A stretch of 64,000 bases of DNA from Candidatus Woesearchaeota archaeon. Lineage in GTDB: Archaea; Nanobdellota; Nanobdellia; Pacearchaeales; GW2011-AR1. Both the position numbers and the translations under genes were made by a program. This document shows, in pieces, positions 27,715-36,291 of the stretch (within the stretch, counting starts at the first letter, position 1; each line of letters opens with the position of its first letter). The DNA is taken from contig CAZBWB010000001.1 of the NCBI GenBank assembly GCA_964495875.1, positions 215,656 to 279,655 on the forward strand. Reading direction: 5' to 3'. The notes under the pieces were generated by a model that worked only from the letters and a program-made list of their open reading frames with translations, was not told the DNA's origin and made no database searches.

Positions 27715-28269
27715 ATGGAACTTAACAGAGCAATCCAATCAAGAAGAAGCATAAGAAAATTCAAATATAAAAAACCTGACTGGAGAGATATCATTGAGTG
27801 TATAGATGCTGTAAGATATGCTCCGATGGCAGGAAATAATTTTACAGTAAGAGCAATTCTCGTCGATGACTTGAAAAAAATACAAAAAATAGCAGAAGCC
27901 TGCCAGCAATCTTTTGTTGGAGAAACAAAATATGTTGTTGTAATTTGTTCAGATCCGACAAGACCTGAAAATGCTTATGGAGAAAGAGGAAAAATATTCA
28001 CAAGACAACAGGCAGGTGCAGCAATACAAAATTTCTTGCTGAAAATAGAAGAATCCGGATTGGCAACATGCTGGGTGGGTTATTTTGCAGAAGACATAAT
28101 AAAAAGAGAATTAAAAATCCCAGAAAAAGTCCATGTAGAGGGAATTTTTCCAATAGGTTATGGATATCTAAAACCAAAAAAAAGATTCAGAACTGAATTA
28201 GATGGCATTCTCTATTTTAACACATATAAAAACAAAAAAATGAAACCTATCAGAAAGATGGATGTTTAA
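27715..28269 (+). CDS. nitroreductase family protein
   Basis: IQSRRSIRKF, APMAGN, GLATCWVG. Confidence 0.9.
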   Translation: MELNRAIQSRRSIRKFKYKKPDWRDIIECIDAVRYAPMAGNNFTVRAILVDDLKKIQKIAEACQQSFVGETKYVVVICSDPTRPENAYGERGKIFTRQQAGAAIQNFLLKIEESGLATCWVGYFAEDIIKRELKIPEKVHVEGIFPIGYGYLKPKKRFRTELDGILYFNTYKNKKMKPIRKMDV

Positions 28270-28508
28270 TCATTCATGCTCCACTCATATGTTTTGCCTG
28301 TTTTAAGTTTCTTATCAAGTATCTCTAACTCTTCATATATTCCTTCAATTAAATCATAATTTTTAGCTTCTTCTAAAGAAACCCATCTATAGTCAGTGAG
28401 AGCACTGCAAAGCCTGACTTCTCCTTCAGCAGATTCTGCCCACAAACTTATTATCAAAGAAGGAATTTTATCTGACCTTATATAAACAAGACTTGTAACA
28501 TAATCCAA
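28266..28508 (-). pseudogene. 5'-truncated NUDIX hydrolase-like fragment
   Basis: Resembles a NUDIX C-terminal half (GEVRL...DYRWVSLEEAKNYDLI). An in-frame TAG at 28524-28526 leaves no room for a Nudix box; only a TTG start. Confidence 0.55.
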
Positions 28509-28549
28509 ATTTTCACAAAAAAACTAACTTTAAATAAATATATGTAATA

Positions 28550-28578
28550 AAAAACAAAAACCAACGCCGAAGCGTTGG
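28550..28578 (-). terminator. GC hairpin with cUUCGg loop plus U-tract downstream of ftsZ
   Basis: Minus strand CCAACGC-TTCG-GCGTTGG followed by TTTTTGTTTTTT, 10 nt after the ftsZ stop. Confidence 0.75.
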
Positions 28579-28588
28579 CTGTAAAAAA

Positions 28589-29665
28589 TTATTTCCAAAC
28601 TTCTATGCCGAGGTCTGAAACTTCTTTGGAAACTAACCGGGGTTCTTCTATGCTTTTTCCCAAAACATAAGGACTTTTAATCCCTGTCATAATAGTTATT
28701 ACTCTAACTTTTCCCACAAAATCTTTGCTGATTCTTGCACCAATGATTACCTGAGCTTCTTGACTTAAATTTTCAGCAACAATCTTTCCTATAAGGTCAA
28801 ATTCCTCTAATTTTAAATCAGGTCCGCAGGTTACATGTATTAAAGCTCCGCTAGCACCTTGATAATCCACATCAAGTAGAGGATGTGTCAGGGCTTGCTT
28901 AACAGCTTCATTAACACGGTCTGTGGTATCTGCTTCTCCAATTCCAATTACTGCAACTCCGCCATCTTTCATAATTGCTGAAACATCTGCATAATCCAAG
29001 TTGATTAAACTTGGCAGAGTTATTGTTTCAACAATTCCTTTGCACATTGTGCTAACTAATTCATTAGCAACAGCAAAAGCTTGCTCTATTGGCAATTGTC
29101 CTGCAATATCAACAAGTCTGTTATTATCCAAAACAATGCAAGTATCTGTTACATCTCTTAACTCCTGCAATCCAAATTCTGCTTTGTCAATTCTTGCTTT
29201 TTCAGCTTCAAAAGGCATTGTTACAACACCTATAACAACTGCTCCGGTTTCTTTGGCAATTTGGGCAACAACAGGAGCTCCGCCAGTTCCGGTTCCTCCG
29301 CCCATACCAGCAATAACAAACACCATATCTGCTCCACTAACTGCTTTCTTCAAATCAACCAAGGCTTCTTTTGCAGCTTCTCTTCCTCTTGTAGGAAGAC
29401 CACCACAGCCTAAACCACGAGTCAGTTCCTTGCCAATAAGAATTTTTTCATCAGCTTTTGTAACACTTAAATGAAGCGCATCTGTATTTGTTGCATATAC
29501 TGTGGCTCCGTTGATTCCTTTATTAAAAAGCCATGTAACAGCATTGCCTCCCATTCCACCAACACCAATAACCTTGATATTAGCTTTTCCTGCCTTGAGT
29601 TCATCAAAGTTAATGCTGTGAGTTTCTGATTTTTCTATTGCCTCTTTTGCGAAATCCAATACCAT
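28589..29665 (-). CDS. ftsZ: cell division protein FtsZ (FtsZ2-like)
   Basis: GVGGMGGN, GMGGGTGTG tubulin signature, PSLINLDYAD T7 loop; SD AAGGAGGT. Confidence 0.97.
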   Translation of the reverse strand: MVLDFAKEAIEKSETHSINFDELKAGKANIKVIGVGGMGGNAVTWLFNKGINGATVYATNTDALHLSVTKADEKILIGKELTRGLGCGGLPTRGREAAKEALVDLKKAVSGADMVFVIAGMGGGTGTGGAPVVAQIAKETGAVVIGVVTMPFEAEKARIDKAEFGLQELRDVTDTCIVLDNNRLVDIAGQLPIEQAFAVANELVSTMCKGIVETITLPSLINLDYADVSAIMKDGGVAVIGIGEADTTDRVNEAVKQALTHPLLDVDYQGASGALIHVTCGPDLKLEEFDLIGKIVAENLSQEAQVIIGARISKDFVGKVRVITIMTGIKSPYVLGKSIEEPRLVSKEVSDLGIEVWK

Positions 29666-29745
29666 CTTTTTACCTCCTTATATCTGTATTTAGTTGAAGT
29701 TTATTTAAGAAAAACTTAAATACTTAAACAACTTCTCACTGACAT

Positions 29746-29795
29746 AGAATTCACCCTGCTAATTTAAATTAACATAAATAGTAAGGGCGAATTCT
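29746..29795 (-). terminator. long hairpin between the upstream gene and the ftsZ promoter
   Basis: Minus strand AGAATTCGCCCT...AGGGTGAATTCT (12 bp, one G-U). Confidence 0.45.
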
Positions 29796-29826
29796 TTAAA
29801 AATATTTGGATACTTGAGAAAATAAT

Positions 29827-30096
29827 TTAATAATTTTTTTCTATTTCTACTTTTTCAGTATAATACGGAAAACGTTTGTTTCCTTTTAATGCTTCTAAAA
29901 TTTCATTTTGCATTTTCTTAATTCTTGATTCATTAATTTCAAATCCTTTCCCAGCCATAAGCATATTATCTCTCCTTCTATAAATAGGAAGCAAGACTTT
30001 AAACCTTCCTTCAGCCAATTCCCTAGATACTTCCCCCATACTGCGAATATTCTCTTTTTTGATTGTTACTGTGTTCTTCTCTTTTGTTATCACCAT
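29827..30096 (-). CDS. hypothetical protein
   Basis: 89-aa ORF co-oriented with its neighbours; no motif. Confidence 0.55.
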   Translation of the reverse strand: MVITKEKNTVTIKKENIRSMGEVSRELAEGRFKVLLPIYRRRDNMLMAGKGFEINESRIKKMQNEILEALKGNKRFPYYTEKVEIEKNY

Positions 30097-30126
30097 TTTA
30101 TATTAAAAGAATTATATTATATAAAT

Positions 30127-30792
30127 TTATTCTTTGGATAATATCTTAGCTTCAATTCCTTCTTCTTCGCAAAGCTCCACGAACTCTTTGGCATCATCAA
30201 TAGTTCCGACGACACTTCCATAATGCATTGGGATAGCAAGAGTTGGCTTGATTAATTTTGCTGCTTCTGCAGCCTCCTCTGCAGTCATAGTAAACCTTCC
30301 TCCAACAGGAAGCAAAGCTAAAAATTTTTTATCTGTTTGTTTATATCCTGTGAGTTTTTGCATTTCAGGTATAATATCTGTATCTCCTGCATGATAAATA
30401 ATAGTTCCGGTCATTTTTATTAAATAACCTACCCAACCATCTTCTTTTCTGTGAAAAGGCTTGTCAACATTATATGCCGGCAAAATAGAAAGTTTAATTT
30501 CTCCGATATTCAGCTCTTGCTCTGGTTCAACAATCTGTATATCAATTGGAATATTAAATCTCGTTATTTTACTCTGGCAACCTGCAGGAAGAATTATTTT
30601 TGTTCCTTTTTTAATAATTTTATTTATATCAACAACACTGCAATGGTCATAATGGCTGTGAGTTAGTAAAATCAAGTCTGCTTTTTCTGCTCCTCCCAAA
30701 ATATTATATGGGTCTATATAAATTATTTTGTTGTTTTCAATCAAAAAACCAGAATTACCAAGCCACTTAATATTAATATCCCTTATTTGCAT
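30127..30792 (-). CDS. metallo-beta-lactamase fold hydrolase
   Basis: THSHYDH, YHAGDT and PMHYG. Confidence 0.92.
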   Translation of the reverse strand: MQIRDINIKWLGNSGFLIENNKIIYIDPYNILGGAEKADLILLTHSHYDHCSVVDINKIIKKGTKIILPAGCQSKITRFNIPIDIQIVEPEQELNIGEIKLSILPAYNVDKPFHRKEDGWVGYLIKMTGTIIYHAGDTDIIPEMQKLTGYKQTDKKFLALLPVGGRFTMTAEEAAEAAKLIKPTLAIPMHYGSVVGTIDDAKEFVELCEEEGIEAKILSKE

Positions 30793-30833
30793 ATTGTCTA
30801 AAAATCGTCTGAGTTTTTAAAGATTATTGAGAA

Positions 30834-32123
30834 TTATACAGAACTTTGCTTCTTTTTAAGAAAATTAAACAAATTATGAAAATCAAAATGAACATTTTCA
30901 AGGAAAAATAAGAGATTTTTCTTTTTCAAGAAAACCTTAACAGCAACTATCCATCCTGCAATCAAAACAATAACACCTAAAATACTGAAACTTAGTGCTT
31001 TGTGACCCTTGATAAATTCTCTTGATGAATTAATCGGAACATTTATTGCACTACCAACCATAGTGAAAAAACCACATCTCTTTTCACATACTCCTCCACA
31101 ATCAATGCCTTTTTCATCCTGATTTTTTATGCCATCAGAACAGGTTTCTGGCATTTGACATGATTGAGATGTCGCAGGTTTATCACTAGTTGCATCTACA
31201 CAATTATTAGTATCCTTACATTCTCTAGTCTGAACATCATTCACACACTTGCCCCATTCTCCGCATTCCCAGTTAGAAACACAACTGCTTTTCATTTCTG
31301 AAGTTACCTGACCAGTAGTTGTTGTAGTCGATGAAGAACTGCTTTCAGAACTACAATCTTTTGTTTCAGAAGGTTTTGATTCTGTTGTTCCGCAATTATT
31401 ATTATCAGTACATGTTCTTGTTTTAACACCATCAACACAATCAATAGTAGCCCAATTAGGACAACTCCAATCTTCTGTACAACTAACACATCCGCTTTTA
31501 TTCAAGGTGCAATTAGAATTACAGGCTAAACTTCCCGAAATGAAACCTTGTTCTTCGCAAGTATGACTTCCCAAATCATCTCCATCACATTCTTCATTAG
31601 CATCAACTTCTCCATCTCCGCAAACTGCTCCAATACATTGCCCGCCAATTACAACCTCAGTACAATTTTGACAATTTTCCTGGCAGCCTTCTGCACATAA
31701 ATCTTCTGCTGAAACACAGTTTTCTGCACATATTTCAACTTCAGCACATGATTCTACACAACCTTCGACACAATTCTCATCCTCACAAGTCTGATTGCTT
31801 TCTTCACATGCAAGACAATCTGCTGAACATTCTTCACAACTTTCAACACAACCTTCGACACAAACCTCTCCTTCAGTCAAACAACCCTCAGCACATTCTA
31901 CACAATCAGGAATATCAGTGCAGGTTTCATTAGTTAAATCTTCCCAAGTATAACCTGCATTCTCACAATCTTCTTGAGTAGTATATTCATCTATCTGACT
32001 AACAAACCCAGTCATCTTCGGTCTCATAAAAAACAAACTTCCTAATACCAAGACTGCTAATAAAATGAAAATGAAAAAAAGAACTGACTTTTCATTTATC
32101 TTCTTTAAACCTTTAGCCACCAT
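30834..32123 (-). CDS. cysteine-rich cell-surface protein with thrombospondin-like and CGDG..EECD repeats
   Basis: TM helices at both ends; repeated C(A/V)EGC, CGDGEVDANEECDG and two W.C..W..C..G/D.(K/Q)TR.C.D.NNC units. Confidence 0.8.
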   Translation of the reverse strand: MVAKGLKKINEKSVLFFIFILLAVLVLGSLFFMRPKMTGFVSQIDEYTTQEDCENAGYTWEDLTNETCTDIPDCVECAEGCLTEGEVCVEGCVESCEECSADCLACEESNQTCEDENCVEGCVESCAEVEICAENCVSAEDLCAEGCQENCQNCTEVVIGGQCIGAVCGDGEVDANEECDGDDLGSHTCEEQGFISGSLACNSNCTLNKSGCVSCTEDWSCPNWATIDCVDGVKTRTCTDNNNCGTTESKPSETKDCSSESSSSSTTTTTGQVTSEMKSSCVSNWECGEWGKCVNDVQTRECKDTNNCVDATSDKPATSQSCQMPETCSDGIKNQDEKGIDCGGVCEKRCGFFTMVGSAINVPINSSREFIKGHKALSFSILGVIVLIAGWIVAVKVFLKKKNLLFFLENVHFDFHNLFNFLKKKQSSV

Positions 32124-32224
32124 CTTTCTTTATATTATTTAAGAAAAAGCATTTAAATATTTATCCCTTTTTTATTATAATGGTTTTTTTTACAAAAAAA
32201 TAAAAAAATCAATACAAAATTAAA

Positions 32225-32287
32225 TTATTCTTCACTATCGTCTTCGTCTTCTTCACCCCAATCATCATCTGTTTCGTCTTCTTCCAT
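32225..32287 (-). CDS. 20-aa poly-acidic micropeptide (alternative start 32299, 24 aa)
   Basis: MEEDETDDDWGEEDEDDSEE* with GGAGGT 4 nt before the ATG and a TTTAAAAA box upstream. Confidence 0.65.
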   Translation of the reverse strand: MEEDETDDDWGEEDEDDSEE

Positions 32288-32406
32288 TTTTACCTCCATT
32301 TAGATAAAAAACATTAAAGATTAATTATTTTTAAAGATTGACTAACCCTCAAAAGTCGTATCAAACCTGAGAAAAATTTTTAAAGTTTTAAATCTACAAG
32401 CGTTAT

Positions 32407-33696
32407 TTAAGGTTTCATTCTTGTCATGGTTCTTGGAAATGCAATTGCATCTTTGATAGTTTCCAATCCGCAAATCCATTTAATCAGTCTCTCAGTTCCA
32501 AGTCCATAACCGCCGTGAGGAATAGCACCATAACTATGAATCTCAAAATAATAACTATAATCTTCAAGCTTCTCTCCTTTTGCTTTTAATGATTTTTTTA
32601 ATTCATCGATATTTACGTCTCTCTCACTTCCCCCAATTAATTCTCCGTTTTTTTCAGGAGCCAGCATATCAAAGCACCTGGCTGTCTTTGGATTTTCAGA
32701 GTCACGTGGCTTGTAAAAAGCCATAACTTCCTTAGGATAATGAGTTACAAAAACAGGAGTGTCATAAGATTCCATAAATTTTTCTTCTTCAATTGTTCTC
32801 AAATCTTTTCCCCATTTAACTCTCATTTTCTTTTTTGCTAAAAGTTTCAAAACTTCATCATAAGTCATTCTTGGAAATTTTTTCTTTAAAGAAGGCTGAA
32901 GTTTCTTAACATCTCTTCCCAAAAGTTCCAGTTCTCTTTTATTATTCTCTAAAACTCTTCTAATAACATGTTTTGTCATTTCTTCAGCATAATCCATCAA
33001 TGCATCAAGATTAACCCAGGCAACTTCCATTTCAGTGTGCCAGTATTCTGTTAAATGTCTCGAAGTTTTTGATTTCTCTGCCCTAAAACTAGGAGCAATA
33101 CAATAAATCTTTTCGAGCGCATAAACCGCTGCCTCTGCATAAAGTTGCCATGTTTGTGCAAGATACATCTTTTTTCCAAAATAATCGAGTTCAAACATAG
33201 TCGGTCCTTCTTCAGCACCTCCTGGAATTATAATTGGAGACTGAAATTCATAAAAATGTTTGCTTCTGAAATATTCATGCAAGGCTCCTGTAACAGTGCT
33301 TCTTATTTTCATAATTGCTGTCATCTTCTGGCTTCTTAACCAGAGATGTCTTCTGTCTCCGAGAAGTTCTTCGTTCAAATCTTTTTGAATAGGAAAATTA
33401 TCACTCAATCCAATAATATTTACCTTATCTGCCTGAACTTCATATCCTGTAGGTGCTCTGCTGTCTCTTCTGACAGTTCCAAAAATCTCAAGAGAAGTCT
33501 CTATTTGAATTTTGTCTATCTCATCCCATTGTTTTTCAAATTTTTCTCTGGATAAAACACACTGAATTCTGTTTGTAGAATCTCTGAGAATAATAAATTT
33601 GAGTTTATTGCTTCCTCTCTCTCTGTAGACCCAGCCATGCAAAGCAACTTTTCCTTTGCCTTTTTTGATTGCCTCTTGAATTGATATGAATTTCAT
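32407..33696 (-). CDS. asnS: asparagine--tRNA ligase
   Basis: OB domain GWVYRER, LAQTWQLY, FRAEKSKTSRHLTEYW, GELIGGSER, HGGYGLGTERL. Confidence 0.9.
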   Translation of the reverse strand: MKFISIQEAIKKGKGKVALHGWVYRERGSNKLKFIILRDSTNRIQCVLSREKFEKQWDEIDKIQIETSLEIFGTVRRDSRAPTGYEVQADKVNIIGLSDNFPIQKDLNEELLGDRRHLWLRSQKMTAIMKIRSTVTGALHEYFRSKHFYEFQSPIIIPGGAEEGPTMFELDYFGKKMYLAQTWQLYAEAAVYALEKIYCIAPSFRAEKSKTSRHLTEYWHTEMEVAWVNLDALMDYAEEMTKHVIRRVLENNKRELELLGRDVKKLQPSLKKKFPRMTYDEVLKLLAKKKMRVKWGKDLRTIEEEKFMESYDTPVFVTHYPKEVMAFYKPRDSENPKTARCFDMLAPEKNGELIGGSERDVNIDELKKSLKAKGEKLEDYSYYFEIHSYGAIPHGGYGLGTERLIKWICGLETIKDAIAFPRTMTRMKP

Positions 33697-33722
33697 TTAT
33701 CTATAATAAGGAGAAATATTTT

Positions 33723-34322
33723 TTAAACTTGTTGATTGAAAAAATCAGCAAAAGATATATTCTCACCAAATTTACTTCTCATGATTTTACACATCCCATC
33801 GGCAGGCAATTGCAAAGAAGTTTTATGAGCTTCATCTCCATAACCTCCAATAGAGATATCTATTACTCTATTGTCTGTTCTAAGGGGCTCATATATAATA
33901 ATCTTTTTCAATGGAATCATATATCCATCATCTTCTCTATTAAAAGCATCTTCTAAAACAAACGGTGTGCAAGTTCCCATTTCCATTTTTTCTGGAAGAA
34001 TAGAATTATAAAAACCATTTATTTGTTTTTTGGTTAAGCCCACAGCCCTTCCCAAATCTGTTTTCTTAATTCTCCGCTGATTTTCTCTGGTCCCTAGTTC
34101 AGGAAAAACAAGCCCATAAAGATTTCCATTTGTGCCAAAAAAAACAGCCTTAACAATTCTGTCAGCAGACCAACTATCATCAAGAATATCTAATTTTTCA
34201 AAACAGGTATTTGTCACAATATCATGCCTCACAGCCTTAACATTAATTCCCAGCTTCTCACTTATCTCAGCTACATAAAACTGCCTTCCATCCAAAACAT
34301 CTCTCAAATTTATTTCAATCAT
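33723..34322 (-). CDS. YbaK/ProXp-like aminoacyl-tRNA deacylase domain protein
   Basis: IVKAVFF (YbaK catalytic Lys strand), MGTCTPF (GxxxPF) and ISIGG. Confidence 0.55.
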   Translation of the reverse strand: MIEINLRDVLDGRQFYVAEISEKLGINVKAVRHDIVTNTCFEKLDILDDSWSADRIVKAVFFGTNGNLYGLVFPELGTRENQRRIKKTDLGRAVGLTKKQINGFYNSILPEKMEMGTCTPFVLEDAFNREDDGYMIPLKKIIIYEPLRTDNRVIDISIGGYGDEAHKTSLQLPADGMCKIMRSKFGENISFADFFNQQV

Positions 34323-34555
34323 AGAAAAAACCTAAGAAAGTAACTATGAACTTTCTTAATTATTATTGTTATTATTAAAATTCCAATTAAAAAAAGAATA
34401 TTTGCAAAATAAATTTTTTGGTGAATTTGTCATCTTAATTTATATAAAATACCCTTTATTAATTTTACTCAAATTCTCATGCAGGTCTCCAATAGCACAT
34501 GTTTTCATAAAAGACAAAAAACATGTTTAAAAAAATTTTTAAATGAAACAAACCT

Positions 34556-34930
34556 ATGAAAAATATGAGAGATAATTATTCGAGCAATAAAACTCCATCA
34601 AAAGACTATCTTCACAAGAGTTTAAGAAGTCCATACAAAGTTGAATCTGAAAGATATTTAAAAAAACCCGGATATCTTAATTCGCTAACAGATTATCAAG
34701 AACAAACTGACTATTATCAGTCAGAACAAAAAGAACAGATGTATCTGGAAATTATAAATCAATTATATCAAAGGATTAACAAACTTGAGAAAAAAGCCCT
34801 TTATGAAAATAATAATCCTCTTCAAAACAGATGCGAGATATGTGGAAAACCTCTTAATCCGAATAGTTCCAGCTACAGATGTGAAAATTGTATTATGTTT
34901 TTTGGTAAAAAATATAAAAAAGCTGCTTAA
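34556..34930 (+). CDS. hypothetical protein with coiled coil and C-terminal zinc finger
   Basis: CEICG...CENC at the C-terminus. Confidence 0.6.
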   Translation: MKNMRDNYSSNKTPSKDYLHKSLRSPYKVESERYLKKPGYLNSLTDYQEQTDYYQSEQKEQMYLEIINQLYQRINKLEKKALYENNNPLQNRCEICGKPLNPNSSSYRCENCIMFFGKKYKKAA

Positions 34931-35011
34931 TCAACTAACAATAATTCAATACTAATTCTATCAAAATTCCGTGAGTCTAAGTTAGGACTTTCAAGAACGC
35001 AAATTCAAAAA

Positions 35012-36280
35012 TTAAGGAGTTAATCTCGTTCTGTCTCTTGGGAATAAAACAGCTTCCCTGATATTGTCCAGATTGCAAATAATTTGGGTGAGTCTCTCTA
35101 ATCCAATACTCCATCCTGCATGCTTAGGAGCACCATATCTGAAACTATTTACATAATCTTTAAAATTATCAGGATTTAATTTCTTGGCTTTTAACATTTT
35201 TATTAATAATTCTGGAATATGAATTCTCTGTCCTCCTGAACTTATTTCCATTCCTTTGTAGATTGCATCAAATCCTTCACTTAATTTTGCATCTGATTTC
35301 CCGTCCTTGGGCATTATATAAAATGGTTTCAGAGAAACAGGCCATGAATGAACAAAAACAATTGTGTTTGGAAATTTACTCTCAAGTTTTTTTTCATCTT
35401 CAGGAGAAAAATCTTCTCCGTATTTGATTTTCAAAAGTTTAACTGCCTCATCATAACTCAGATATTTGGATTTAGGAACTTGTAACTTTAATCCTAAAAT
35501 CCTAATCTCTTCCTTGGATTTTGACATAATCTGTTTAACAATATATTTAACAGCTTCTTCCAACTCTTTCATAATTTCCTCTTGTCCTGCAAAAGCCATC
35601 TCAATATCCATTTGCCGTGATTCATTCAAATGCCTCACAGTATTATGTTTCTCTGCTCTCCACACAGGAGTTATTGTAAAAACTTTTTCAACAGAACAGG
35701 CCAGCATCTGCTTATACAATTGCGGACTCTGAGCAAGATATGCCTTTTTCTCAAAATATTTTACAGGAAAAAGTTCTGTTCCTCCTTCACTTGAACTTGA
35801 AATAACAGAAGGCAACTGAACTTCTAAAAAATCCCTATTGTAAAAAAATTCCCTGAAACTATTAGCAATCTCTCCCTGAATCTTAAAGATGGCTTTTATT
35901 CTTGGTTTTCTTATATCCAAAAATCTGTAATCTAATCTGGTTGGAAGTTCTGCCTTAGAAGCCTTTTCATTAATCTGAACCGGAAGTTTTTCTGATTTAT
36001 CCAAAATAACTAAATCCTCAATCTCTACTTCTACATCTTTTCTTGCAAGTTCTGCCCTGACATTTGCTTTTTTTGCCTTTCCCTTAATTTCCACAACAGA
36101 TTCTAAAGCCAAATCTGAAAATTTCTTCAAGAGTTTATCTTTTAAAATGCACTGAACAATTCCAGAGGCATCTCTGAGCAAAAGAAATTTTAATTTAGCC
36201 AAACTCCTGATATCAAATACCCATCCTCTAAGCAAAATCTTATCACCTGCTTTAATATCCTTAACATATTTTCTCTGCAT
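35012..36280 (-). CDS. aspS: aspartate--tRNA ligase (archaeal type)
   Basis: RLDYRFLDIR, LAQSPQLYKQ, RAEKHNTVRHLNE, EISSGGQR, HAGWSIGLERL. Confidence 0.93.
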   Translation of the reverse strand: MQRKYVKDIKAGDKILLRGWVFDIRSLAKLKFLLLRDASGIVQCILKDKLLKKFSDLALESVVEIKGKAKKANVRAELARKDVEVEIEDLVILDKSEKLPVQINEKASKAELPTRLDYRFLDIRKPRIKAIFKIQGEIANSFREFFYNRDFLEVQLPSVISSSSEGGTELFPVKYFEKKAYLAQSPQLYKQMLACSVEKVFTITPVWRAEKHNTVRHLNESRQMDIEMAFAGQEEIMKELEEAVKYIVKQIMSKSKEEIRILGLKLQVPKSKYLSYDEAVKLLKIKYGEDFSPEDEKKLESKFPNTIVFVHSWPVSLKPFYIMPKDGKSDAKLSEGFDAIYKGMEISSGGQRIHIPELLIKMLKAKKLNPDNFKDYVNSFRYGAPKHAGWSIGLERLTQIICNLDNIREAVLFPRDRTRLTP

Positions 36281-36291
36281 AAGAATAAATA

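Noticed and set aside
31690-31960. DNA-level repeats (ACACAACCTTCGACACAA twice) as a non-coding array
   Set aside because: Explained by the in-frame C.EGC protein repeats.
34323-34555. 233-bp AT-rich gap as a replication origin
   Set aside because: Between divergent genes, consistent with two promoters; no repeated initiator boxes seen.
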